Of a stretch of DNA of 48,497 nucleotides, positions 36,891-48,427 are shown one piece after another. The notes below the pieces were generated by a model. That model worked only from the letters and a program-made list of their open reading frames with translations. It searched no databases and had not been told where the DNA came from. The stretch comes from Paraglomus brasilianum. Taxonomy: Eukaryota. How positions within the stretch are numbered: the first letter of the stretch is position 1; every line of letters starts with the position of its first letter. The DNA lies in assembly GCA_910592345.1 (NCBI GenBank), contig CAJVPI010000150.1:1-48497 (forward strand), given 5' to 3'. Position numbers and translations under genes: made by a program.

Positions 36891-37851
36891 ATGACAAAAT
36901 GACGGGAACGTAGCGGTATTACTATGCGATGATAATTCAATGCTCGATGAATTGAGACTGAAACTCGAATGTGGTTATGGGTTTCGTAAGGTATTGTCAA
37001 GGAGACAAGTTAATATGAGCCGGTTGCGAAAATACGACCCAATAGAGCATGATTAAGCTTGTTTAGACAGGCTTTTCGAAACATTTGCCTTTGCAGTTCC
37101 GAAAAGGGTATCAGAGCGTTAAGGAATGGTGACACGGATAATATCTGGACGAAAACTCTAAAATTAGCGTTCTTTTAACTATATTCGATCTAGAAAGAAA
37201 TTCAATAAAAACAGCAGTTGTCACTTGAGGTCGTCACGTCTGGGGTAAAGTTGTAATTTGAGAATAGTATACTCATATTACGTTATTGGTTAATAATAAG
37301 GTTTTATTATCTTGACCAATATAGAAATGGAATAGTCAAATTATACGGCCGCGCGCTGCAATTTGACGTCATTCGGACAATCAGGCTCAAAGACTTGTTT
37401 TTCAGTTTTTAATATTAATGTAAGCAAAACAACGCATAACCCACCACTTCGCGTTCATATTCCTCTAATTTAGTCTTTACATTCCCGACCACGTCTAACT
37501 AACTTATACGTACGTATAGAGCAAATAATAGTTTGAATTCATTTCTGACAAATATAACTGTAAAGGTATTTTGTATTTTATCCAACAAATCTTGAGATTA
37601 CTAGTTTTTAATAGTTTAGATTCTGGTTAACATCTTACATCCAGGATTTTGACCAGTGCGAGTTAGCTCAAAAGAATATTGATACTTTACATTCCAGGAG
37701 TTTCTTGAAGTAAGCTGCCACACTCACTACCAAAATCAAAGTGTTGTAAATCATGAAAAGTCTCTCTTTCGAAAATTTATTACTATATAAGTTACACTAG
37801 TTTTTTGTATCATTTTGAAGATAATTGACTGTGCTTTTCGAAATGTGAAAT

Positions 37852-37990
37852 TTGAGTAAACTCCTCTACGAAGGAGTAGTTCGATAGAAGTGGTTTATCT
37901 ATGTTACATGATGGTTTTCATACATTTTTCATGTGTAATGTAAATACTTCCACTTCATCGAACTATCCCTTCGTACAGCACTTTACACAA
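37852..37990. repeat. 139-nt imperfect fold-back (long hairpin)
   Basis: TTGAGTAAACTCCTCTACGAAGGAGTAGTTCGATAGAAGTGG pairs with CCACTTCATCGAACTATCCCTTCGTACAGCACTTTACACAA; inner arms TATCTATGTTACATGA / TCATGTGTAATGTAAATA extend the stem. Confidence 0.85.
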
Positions 37991-38099
37991 TTTTTTTTTT
38001 CAAACCCTCATAGATTGTGCATTACACCTTGATGTTGACATAAGAGACAAACTTATGGCGACCAGACAATTGTGGAACTTTCAAGCGTTGACTGCACTT

Positions 38100-38266
38100 T
38101 AGTTTTTTCCACTAATAGCTCTGCGACGAAGAATCTTTAACTCTTCTAGCGTAAACAACTCACTAGAGAACTGTTCTTGGAATCTAATAAGTTCTTAGGA
38201 TAAATATAAAACAACCTTCAACAGAATCTAATATTTTAAGCAAGTTTTCATCAAATCAGAAGACAT
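38100..38266 (-). pseudogene. Possible Crinkler-type SAM-like N-terminal domain fragment
   Basis: ELFTLEELKILRRRAISGKN resembles the ILRxxxIxGxxFL pattern of SAM-like CRN N-termini; stops on both sides. Confidence 0.25.
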
Positions 38267-38413
38267 TTGAGGTCTGCTTTGTTTTTAACCGCAGACCGTT
38301 AATAATAAAAGAATAAAAGTATTGATTGTGATTAGAATAATAACCAAATGGTATGCAGGTAGTTTTATTATGAAAATGGTAAAAAAACGATGACTATATG
38401 CCGAATGTATCTA

Positions 38414-38482
38414 CAGAGTAGAAGGGGATGGGTGTAGAAGGGGGTTAGTGTAGAAGGGGGTGAGTGTAGAAGGGGATGACTG
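38414..38482. repeat. 16-bp G-rich tandem repeat x4 ending in a pogo-like terminus
   Basis: Core GTAGAAGGGG at 16-bp period, bounded by TA|CAG...CTG|TA; the minus strand reads TA|CAGTCATCCCCTTCTACAC. Confidence 0.8.
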
Positions 38483-39699
38483 TAACGCGTTTATGACGCG
38501 ACGAAGATTAATAAATGTAGTGTGTAATATTAAAGTTTAATTAACTCTATTCATTATAATATCCCGCCAGGCAATATCTGTTAAAGATTGCAAAGGCTGA
38601 TTCAATCAAACGTATATGAATTATTTATTGTCTTGATATTTCTCTTATTCTAGGCTCTTTACAATTATCGAGAGATTGGTTCTCCTTTACTTGATAAATA
38701 ACCTCAATCCAGTGATTAGGATTGGATTCTAAGTGTGATTCAAAGTTTAGGCCACACAGTAAAAGACGTATCTTCACTTAATATCGAAGCTTCATACCCA
38801 TTGTTAGTGGCGGAAGTACCCAGTATATATTGAGGGGGCGGTGAAGGGTACTATTCATGAGGTTACTTTAAATTCGGATATGATTGGTCAATTTACCGTA
38901 CAGTATTGGCCTTATTATTATCTCCGATGGCGCTTCGTGGATAATGAAGTAAGAGAGTATACTCGTACAGGAAAAACTAAGCGACCGTCTACTCCTGACA
39001 ATGATTCTGATGATCGAAAATATTACTGGCGTATCTACTAAGCAAAATAACAAACCTTTTATATCGTCCTAAAGCCAGTCTTTGATAAAAGTAATGCTAC
39101 ATTTAAAAAATTATGAAGTTGTAGTTCTGTGTAGTAGAGTACGCGTATTGCACATACAAAATTATATTTTTCGTATTCTAACCAATTTCATCAAACTACA
39201 AAAACATTTATATAATAATAATATAATTATTGGTGAGGACAATTATTATGATGAGAACTATTGAATTAAGTTATATAAATACTGCGTGGCGTAAATTGTC
39301 ACCCAAACTCCAACGCGTTGCCGATTCTCTATTCGCGGCATTCGTTTACCTTCGTATTTCAAATACTGTAAATTGCCGCTTTGTTTTTCCGCTAATAACT
39401 CTAATGTTACTACAGTATGATATTCATTCTTATTACCTTTCCAATCGTTATGTCGTAATATTTGAATTGCTGTTAGCTGATGTATATTATAACAGGCGCA
39501 TCAAATGTGAAAGATGATAAATTTATTTACTTGTGGTGCAAACCACTCGATTTGTACCCAAGCGCAAATACCGACTCGTTAAATATTATTCATTGTATAT
39601 CTCTGCTAACAAGAATTACTACAAATACAGTTTATAAATAGTTTACAGGCATAAAATACTGTCTATATGTGTATATATATTCGTTACCATTTTTTATAA

Positions 39700-41974
39700 T
39701 TATATGTTGTCAGCCGTTTCGTCTTCACGTGTAAATCTATCATTAAGAACCCACCATAGCACGCCAGTTAACGCCACAACTCCGAGGCTACTACCAAAAA
39801 CGGCATAAGAATTGACAGGTTTAGTTGCGCATTGCGGAGCTGTTGAAGTTGTTGAATTTGTTGAATTTGTTGAATTTGTTGAATTTGTTGTAGGTGCGTG
39901 TCCGCTCTTTGGTGGCACCCACGAGAGAACGACAATCAACAATGCGAACAGTATGAAAAGAAACAAAGCAAATAATGGTGCCCTATATGTACGCCTCTCT
40001 AGCCCGCCTCTCCGTCGTAATAACTGTTTCAAATATTAGCAATTTTATTAATACGAAATAATAACCATCACGTAATTCTTAGTAAATAATATACATACCA
40101 ATGCACCAATGGCTGCGAGAAGGAAAAAGAAGTATATTGAGTATTGTTCGAGCTCAGCTAAAAACTCGAACGAACTGTTGCCGGGAACTACTAGCGTCAG
40201 AATTGAGCACCATGTAAAAAGTGCTATAAACGAATTTACGGGCGTCCCTAGCCGATTATTCCATGTGGACAGCCACGGTGAAATCAACGGGACGTAGTTG
40301 TGCCGGCCCGCTAAATCCAAGACCCTGGAAGCACTAGATAAACGATAAGACTTGGCTTATAAGTTAAAATTAGATAATATGTGTAATAACTTATCCCAAT
40401 TCGTTACCTTTGCATCAACACGCCAGCAGTGCCAAAGGCACTGAGGGCAATGAAAAAAGCCAATGCTCGCGCTCCTTTGACTTTGGCGTCTGGACTAACA
40501 GTATCAACGCTCCCCCGGTCGATTTGGGCGGCAAAATAAATGCCTATTATTTCGTTAGGATCCGACCCCGTAGTTCCAATTACGGTGCCAACGTTCAATA
40601 CCGCCGCGTAGGCGAGATTAGCCAGCAAATCTGTTGGTAAATGGTCGATATAAATTAGCGCTAAGCGTTTGGACCAAGCTGTATCTCGATTAAACGAAAA
40701 ATTACTTACACAATATTGTGACTATCCCGACTGCCCCCGTGTTACTTATCAGAAGGTTTCTATAAGAACCTCCCGTCTCATATTCCTCAGTAAGGTCTGG
40801 TTTAAACTGTTGTTAACGTCAATGCAGTATGCAGATCACGAAAATCATCTTTTGACTTAGTTTAATGCTTACAACTGAGATTGTTCCAACCCCCGTACGC
40901 AAATAATATTGTGAGCATTGCTGTTACGTATCTTTGAATCCATTCTGTAGTACTGACGTCCCGGGTAAAACTTTCGGCGGGAGAAAACATGTCCCAATTC
41001 GAGTTGTGCACTCTCTTTGCGAACGACAACCCAAGTATGACAACAGTCAATACTGTTAAAACTTTTGTCGTCGCCAGAGCCTGGTTGACCCTGTTTGCCC
41101 ATTTGTTGGAAAACGAATGGTATAGGGCTATTACGGCAAGAATTGCCAATGTCGTTAACTTGAGTCTCCTATAACAAACAAGAAATAAGCAAATAATTCA
41201 TGGATAATTTCTATTTAAAATGTCATGTTTGAATCGTGATTTATTACCAAAAATTGTGGCCGTTAAAATACAGAGGATGAAACTCCTCGTATAAATCGCA
41301 CCCTTTGCCATTCAAGCCCAGCGTAAATAGCAAATACTGGGCACAAATATTTACAACTGCCGATATTCCGGCGGGTCTAATTAATCTAAAAGCAACAGTC
41401 AATATCCCATCCATTAGCTACGCAAAACTGATCTTGTACTCACAGTATGTACATCATTGTAAAAGAATAGCTAAGAAGCCTTCTCGGCTTTGGAAAGCTA
41501 TACTCCAAATAAGTCGTCTCACCGGCGCCAATTTGAAACTGACTTCCCAACTGTGTAAAGACAATTATTATTATGTGTAATATGTTATGCAAAATATGTC
41601 AAATTCTTATAATTTAGTTTGATATTTACTTACTTCCGTGTACGTCAACGTTCCACAAAGACTCACCAAACCCCCAACTGCCCATAAAATGAGGGCAATC
41701 CAGGGAGAGCCCACACTACGCCACACGGTGCCTAGAATGGATTAATGACGTGAATGATATGCATGTAAATGCCAAGGTACCCAAAAGTTTTCTTACCAGG
41801 AGATGAAAAAATCCCTGTTAAAACAAAATTCTCTCAGTCACTGCTTCTTTATCTGTAAAATTAACGTGAAATATAACAAACTGCATACGTACCAGCACCA
41901 ACCATATTATTTACATTATTTCCCAAACCACTGGCCACTCCAATAAACCTTTCTCGGTTATTCCTTTGATCCAT
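39700..41974 (-). CDS. APC-superfamily LAT-type amino-acid permease (Mup1-like), 535 aa
   Basis: Ten in-phase exons: 41893..41974, 41797..41814, 41634..41731, 41444..41550, 41248..41385, 40873..41168, 40710..40796, 40408..40630, 40099..40333, 39700..40023 (1608 nt). NMVGAGIFSSPG, YTELGS..GAGETTYL, LFAYGGWNNLSY, YLLANLAY, ALSAFG. Confidence 0.92.
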
Positions 41975-43952
41975 CTTGGAGATTTAATAGAATCAAACCG
42001 TTCTTTTTCCTGATATCGGAGAAAATTATTCACTTTTTCCAATTTGTGGAAAGATTGATAAAATCACATCAATTTCGCTACGTACGTATTTATACGTTTT
42101 GGACAGTAATACAAAATAAGAAATTATTATGCTAAATTTCTTTGTTTTGCGTTGATCCTCATGCATAATAATGTCGGAATTGTTCTCCGTCATTTTAACC
42201 GAGTTTGGTGACATGATCACCCAATTGTGTGCTAAAAGATCGTCACTCTCCTAGCACGACCCCATGACTCGAGTTGAGATTTAGCTCTCGATGATTGGTG
42301 CCATTGTAGTGATGGTATAATAAAATCTCGTCTCCTATTGCAAGGGTACCGTTAATAAATAGTAATTCGTTAATGGCATTCCGACTTTGATTGTTATTGT
42401 AAGTGAAAATTATTCACTGTTAGGCAATTTCTGTAAACAACAGCGAAAAAAATTATCGATTCTTATTAGGAATTCATAAAGTCTCCGTCGTATTGCCAAT
42501 CGATAATAATTTATCTTTGTACTAAAAATTATTATTCTATCCATTCTAAATATAATCTGTAAGACGTAGAATTCTCAATAACAGCTATCTTAATTTAATT
42601 AGTAGTTTATAAAACATAATAATAAGTTATACCGGTTGTTGCCGATATTTTAAATGACGCCTTTAATGCTTAACTTCACCTTGGACGAAAAGAGAGTTAA
42701 TACAAAAATGAAGCTTGCATTCTGTCATATGGAAGGCTAAAGCTAGTAAACAGCTAGCAGTAGCAATTTCATAGTTTACGTCCGGCGAATAAGAGCCCTA
42801 CCTTCATCATATGGAGAGGGCTCTTGTTGTTCATGAGATGCCTTAACAAATGCCAAATAATACAAATGCCAAATAATATAAATCGTCACGTCGCGTTATC
42901 TTTTTTTATTATATGGTCGCGAAACTAAATATGAATTTAGCCATTGCCGTAACTTTACAAGTTTTTCATTCACGAGAGTTACGGTTATGATGACAATGAC
43001 TATCATTATGACCAGAGAAAAGGATTGTAAATAACAACACACTGATCCTGATATTTATCATGTTAAACCACTGTTACACTCGATCGTATATGCTGTTTAT
43101 TATTAACTCTTGATCTGCCTCCAGCTGACGATAATCTAGATAGTTAACTCTCCATCTTAGGATTGAGGCTATGGCTCTTTACCTACGGAATTTTAATCCT
43201 TTGGTGTTTTTTTTCGCTACGAAATAAAGTCAAAGCAAACGCGAGAACAAATTTAAGCACCGAACATTTCACATGACTCGAATCGATTGTCAAAAAACCG
43301 CAATTCATTCAGCCCTGTGTTGAACAATAACAATAAACGGATTTTTTGAAATTTACGTAGTTATGACGTAAAAATCTGTTCTAAGCTAATAGTATTATCC
43401 GTTTTTGTAAGCCGAATATTGATGACGTATTTTCGACTAATTATACAAAGATGTGATGAGAGGTAACAGGTAGGAGGAGTTTTTAGGGAAGACGAACCAT
43501 AAGATACTTTGGTCTCCTCGTAGCGTGATTCGGGTAATGCTAACAAGTATCAATCTAAAGCACACCCATGTGTGATCAATAAAGAACTCGAAACCTCAAT
43601 CTAAAGCAACACGACATTATGATCGCAGGATCATTTCAAGTTAATTAATTCACTTTCAAGATGATTGATGTCCATTCTGGCAGTTAAATGCCAATTACAT
43701 TGTTCTTGCTAACGTTCTAGATGAGCGTATCATCTAATCATGACATTAAATACTATATGATAAAGTCCGTAGTATATTGACGTCGTGGTTAGATCATGGG
43801 AAAAGTTGTTCTAATATGCAAATTTTTTTGTTGGATGCTCGATCACCAGATTACTATACAATTGTTCTCATATTACTCGCTCCATATAGTCTGTAATGAG
43901 TCATCTCCGCTCTCGCCTCTTTCATCTTCCTACCACTTGATCTTCTGCTTTT

Positions 43953-44612
43953 TCACCTGTGCCTATCTTTCCATCTGTGCACCATAATAAATGCAACGAC
44001 AGCTCCGGCTGCAACAATCATCCCAACAGCTAATCCCACGATCAAACTAATAACTTTTCCAGACACAGCTAAACTCTCAAATGGTCCATTATGAACAATC
44101 AAGTAAAATTGTGTTGATGTAGTAACGTTCTGATAAGGCCCAGATGATATACTCATTGATATCGTTGTATTGGAAGCAGCATTATCCGGTGGAGTTCCCG
44201 ATATCGTCTTCAAAGGTTCGTTAAATGTAATCCAATCTGATGTCGACCCAGGATCGTATGATAAGGATAATTTTATTAGTGACAAATCAGTATCTTTAGG
44301 GAATGTGATGTAATACGGTGTGAGATTTATTGTAGATGTGAAGTAGAGATTGCGTTGAGCATCGATGTCGGGAAACGGATGGCGTATTTGAGGAGACTCT
44401 GGTATCGGTGAGGACGTTTGAGTTGGATATGGTGTCGTTGTGTTTATTAGTGTAGACGTAGGTAAGAAAGTAGTAGTGGAGACCCCAGAAGTCGTGGATG
44501 GTGTTACTGTTGTTGACGACAAATTTAGTGTGGTTGTTCGTAGGGCCATTGTAAAAATATCCGATCCAAAGGAGAAAATCGCAAGTCTGCCAAGCCCAAC
44601 GCAGAGTCGCAT
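43953..44612 (-). CDS. Single-pass membrane protein: S/T-rich stalk + one CADG/He_PIG-like Ig domain + TM (Axl2/dystroglycan-like module)
   Basis: 219-aa ORF; T/S-rich N-terminal part, DWITFNEPLKTISGTPP (W-x-x-F...SGTP signature), TM VISLIVGLAVGMIVAAGAVVAFIMV, basic stop-transfer. True start may be the second Met (MALRTT). Confidence 0.75.
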   Translation of the reverse strand: MRLCVGLGRLAIFSFGSDIFTMALRTTTLNLSSTTVTPSTTSGVSTTTFLPTSTLINTTTPYPTQTSSPIPESPQIRHPFPDIDAQRNLYFTSTINLTPYYITFPKDTDLSLIKLSLSYDPGSTSDWITFNEPLKTISGTPPDNAASNTTISMSISSGPYQNVTTSTQFYLIVHNGPFESLAVSGKVISLIVGLAVGMIVAAGAVVAFIMVHRWKDRHR

Positions 44613-45588
44613 ATTTTTATATTGAACTATTATTAGGTTACGATTGAGTCTTACTACTCTGAGCAGTTATTGCAGTATTACTACTGGTACGACGGAATTA
44701 CTTGCCTTAAATGCGTCTCAAGGGGATGCTTAGTGTTAGGGAGCTTGCAGGTATCCCACTTGTCACATGATTCTAAATGCGTCACCATGAAAATTTCACG
44801 TTCATGGTGGGCGAAATCTGAAGTCTGTATTTTAGCATCTCTTCACACCTATACGGTCAATAAAAATACAACTCAGAAGGTACGATGTCAATGGAATGTA
44901 CGGGAAATATGATGAAAAAAAAATCTTGCGGGATATCAAATAAGAGAGACGGAAGCGAAGATAATTTAATCCGCCACTGCAGCTTTAAAACGATAATGGG
45001 ACTGAGGAGACAATAAATGGTATTAGTATGACACATTGTCATTTTGGAGGTTAACTTTAAGTAGGAGTTAGCCTCTAACTCCCTCAATTTTTTTGACGAC
45101 AACTTCACAGTTTAGTATTAGCATTAGGCATAAATTAGCTTAAAACATCTCAAATACGGAAAATAAGTCTAACCTCTAAATTTTAGGATTTAGAGAGTAA
45201 CTCCCAATTAACAATAAAAGTGATGACAACTTCCCATTTACGTCGTCAGTCGGAGTCTAACCGCTGTCCTTGCCGTACGGCGTAAAAATAAGCTTGAAAA
45301 CGCTTTAGACATGAATAAGTCTGACCTTTATTGTGAACTAGATTTTGCGTAATTTTTAACATATCTAGTCATATAAAATCCTCGTTTATGCAAATTACAT
45401 CGCCCACAGGCGGATCCAGTAGGTTTGCCACAATCAGAACAAGGAATGCGTTTTTTACACTTATAGTGATGCCGACAGCCTTCAGGCCGAGTACGCAGAC
45501 TTTCCCGGAATTATGGAGATAATCGCATATATATTCCGCTAACATTTTATATAATGAATAATATTTTTAAATTGAAGAAAAGTTTACG

Positions 45589-45690
45589 CATATATATACT
45601 GTATATACTGTATATATATATATATAAACTGAACGCGTCATGTCTGATGCATATCTCGAATGTATTCTCGAATGTATTCTCGAATTTAGT
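45589..45690. repeat. (TA)n-rich microsatellite followed by 12-bp repeat TCTCGAATGTAT x~3
   Basis: Directly visible. Confidence 0.85.
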
Positions 45691-46279
45691 ATCGAATAGC
45701 AGATTATGTCAACTTTGGAATGTCGCCAGAGATAGCAGAAGAAAAGCCATGACAGTAAATTTAAACTGAACTGCGAGACGTGATTTTTGGCTCATCATAT
45801 GAACCAAAAAGTAAATTTTTCTAAGAGCGTAGATTTGTGAGTGGATTATATACATTGTATTGTAAAGAACACTCGCAGCGTGTTGATATAAATCAAGTTT
45901 GATTAAATTTACAAAAAGCGGTTTAAAGAATATACTGTAGGTGAACCTCAACTTAATTTTTCATGACCGAGGAATCGACTTCAGAAAATTTTTTTTGCAA
46001 CCATAGAATGTGAGACGTGTTTGAATTATGGACATTACAGAGAAAAAACATAATTAACATGTTATAATGAAAATCAAAAGTCCATTCCTTATTATTATTG
46101 GATACTCTCTTGATTTCACAACAGGACTGAACATTTCAGCTGAAAGGAAAAGAGATCATCTTGCCAATCAATGAAATTTACGATTTATCATAAAGTTTAT
46201 TTGAGGATACATTGATTTACTACTGTAAAACTCCAACATATGTCCCCTCCACCAGTTTCAGAAGGCTGATTTTGATTTA

Positions 46280-46920
46280 TACATGATCAGCTGGTGTCTG
46301 ATGAAAAGGTGTAACAAGCCAGTCCCAGCCAGGATCTTTGTTCTTGATGGTTGCCACCATGGTTCAGTAAAAGATAATACCCCCCTCTGTTCTCTCTGCT
46401 TTCAAAAGCATGACAGTCAGAAAGAAGGGCATAAACAAAATTACATGTTGGTTGGATTCAAAGAACTCTGTCAGCAAATGATGCTAATTGCCCAACATCT
46501 GCATGTGAAAAGGCAGCTGACTTATATGGCTTAATCTCTATAACCAGACTGATATTGAGTGCATCGAGTGGCCAGTCCTTTGCAATTCCAACAAAGTCTG
46601 GTTTCCTTCTGTCAAGGATTGGCATTTTATGAGTATTGTGAATCATGATGTTACTTGTTAAAGCAGTGGAATGTCATGAAAAATATTGCTGATAGTCCTC
46701 TTCGCTATCTGAAGTGGGTGGGTCATGAAAACGCCCTTTGTGGGCACATTCGGATATGTATGCTGATCTGGCTGATTGATTGCTGAATCTCTGCCTCAAA
46801 GGGGAAGCTGATTACATTATTTGAATCCTGCATAATATACATTCCACGATCCGTTTCATTATCAGAAGTAAAGAATGTTGTACTTCTAGCAGACAACAAC
46901 CTCATTCTCTTCATGTTATA
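46280..46920 (-). pseudogene. Crinkler-like effector pseudogene, restriction-endonuclease-like (PD-(D/E)xK) segment
   Basis: SEEDYQQYF..IHNTHKMPILDRRKPDFVGIAKDWPLDALNISLVIEIKPYKSAAFSHADVGQLASFADRVL*IQPTCNFVYA: the KPD..EIK..GQ..R.L..QP pattern of CRN REase domains; stops and frameshifts. Confidence 0.7.
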
Positions 46921-47730
46921 CAGTGTGTTACAAAAAAAATTGCCCTCACAAAAAATTGCATAACTCAACAACAACACAAGATATTTAAACAATTCCAGAT
47001 GTTTTAGAAAGTTTATAATGTACTTTATTATAAATCCTATCCCTGTTCTTTTCCAAAACAAGCTCACATTTTTTTTTCATTGATAAAACTAAATTGTTCA
47101 CTGTTTCAACTGAAATGGCATCCCATTCTTCAACCATAAACTTCTTCAATTCATTAATATCCTTTGGCATTTGTTTTTCAACATTGTTCTTGATTATTTG
47201 CCACATGTTTTCTATGGGATTAAGGTCTGGGCTATTGGATGGCCAGTCACTAACCCAAATCCCATTCTCAACTATGAAATCCTTAGCAACATGCAAGGTG
47301 TGCTTTAGATCATTATCTTGTTGCAGGCAAAAGCCGGGTTTGCAATATATTCACGTAGAAGGGCCCATCCATCATGTCAGTGAAGCAAAATAGGGGCCCT
47401 TTTCCTTTTTTGGAAATGCCTCCCCATGCCATCACTTTCTGGCATGACTTGGGTAGACCTTATTCCTAAAAAGATCAAAAGCCGTTTCATCAGTGAAGAT
47501 AGTACGGCTCCAATTATCACGTAAATGTGCCTCCGCCCACGCCTTCCGTCTTTCGGTGAGCATTGGCGTTCCAAGGGGTATAGAGCTTTCATATCCCCCC
47601 CTTTTTTTTTCATGTGACGCCAAACAGAGACATGCGAAATGGAAATGTGTTGTGTTGCTTGCACCTTTGAAAAGTTGCCGTGTTGTAACGGCAGTGTTTC
47701 GGTGCAAATGTTGTCCAAGAGCACGAGATA
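46921..47730 (-). mobile_element. Tc1 (DD34E) transposon relic, 5'-truncated
   Basis: TIR TA|CAGTGTGTTACAAAAAAAAT at 46921. Transposase motifs HLRDNWSRTIFTDET, VMVWGG-like segment, QQDND..KH, WPSNSPDLNPIENMW; 34 residues between the second D and E; frameshifts. Confidence 0.92.
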
Positions 47731-47979
47731 CCGTATTTCTCTGACTAAAGTACCCCGCAAGCAAAATACCCCTCAGCAGTTTTGAGGCCTGATTTTGTAA
47801 AAGACCCGGGTACTATTCTCGAAGAAATAAATATAATCAAGTAAAATACCCGGGTATTATAAACAAATAATTTCATGCAAAGTACCCCCCTAATTTTATT
47901 TGTCAATATTAATAGCCATCTACCATATATTCTCATATAATATATCATCCTCATAAACGTCTCCCTCAATATTACTAGT
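47731..47979 (-). mobile_element. 3' end of a pogo/Tc2-like element inserted at a TA inside the Tc1 transposase
   Basis: TA|CCGTATTTCTCTGACTAAAGTACCCC (CCGTA-starting terminus as in Tc2-type elements), repeated AAA(G/A)TACCC subterminal motifs, and TSNIEGDVYEDDILYENIW* resembling the pogo C-terminal ISN..DG.EDD.L motif. Confidence 0.6.
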
Positions 47980-48427
47980 TATATCCTCCATTTTTCGCTT
48001 CATCTCGTTGACGACATTAAGCAACTCTTCTTGTCCTTCCCCTAAAGAGTGTGAAATGTAAAATATCCCGAGTACTTTAGTCGCCACTCTACAGTAATAA
48101 TAAATGATTTTGCTTATACTATACACTAAATCTATGTACTCTAACTATGTCTACTAGACATGGCGAGCAAGGCATTATTAGGAATGTCATCATATTACTA
48201 CGTCTACTCTGCCTTATGTACACATTACTCTATGTCCCCAACGCCCGAGTCGTTACCTGTTGTTGGCAAGAGCCCCCGCAAATAGTCAACCTTTAAGTTG
48301 TCGTTTCCACAGGTTGGCAATACAGCTTGCGCTTTGCTCTCGATATTGGGATTCTCTGTAAAGCGAACGCGTAGTCGGGTCTTTTCGTTATCGGTAAGGA
48401 AGTGCTGCAAATGTGATCCAATATACA
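47980..48427 (-). pseudogene. N-terminal exons of the Crinkler-like gene
   Basis: HLQHFLTDNEKTRLRVRFTENPNIESKAQAVLPTCGNDNLKVDYLRGLL followed by donor G|GTAAC (exon ends 48257), then TTTAG|GEGQEELLNVVNEMKRKMEDI. Same strand as, and upstream of, the REase segment. Confidence 0.5.

Noticed and set aside
36691..36913. ETETET and SVSVSV ORFs
   Set aside because: Other frames of the (GAGACC)5 repeat in metacaspase exon 1.
38650..39041. Exon-like + strand stretch ending in ORF 38841..39041
   Set aside because: Several stops and a frameshift upstream, and no recognisable family.
42405..42460. Short stem followed by an A-run and TATCG, superficially like a Fanzor2 right end
   Set aside because: Only a 5-bp stem in AT-rich DNA, no adjacent Fanzor coding remnant and no clear similarity to 6110-6240.
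45040..45330. Cluster of short related motifs and palindromes (GGAGTTAGCCTCTAACTCC, TGAYGACAACTTC x2)
   Set aside because: Probably a worn TE end, but boundaries, TIR pair and TSD could not be defined.
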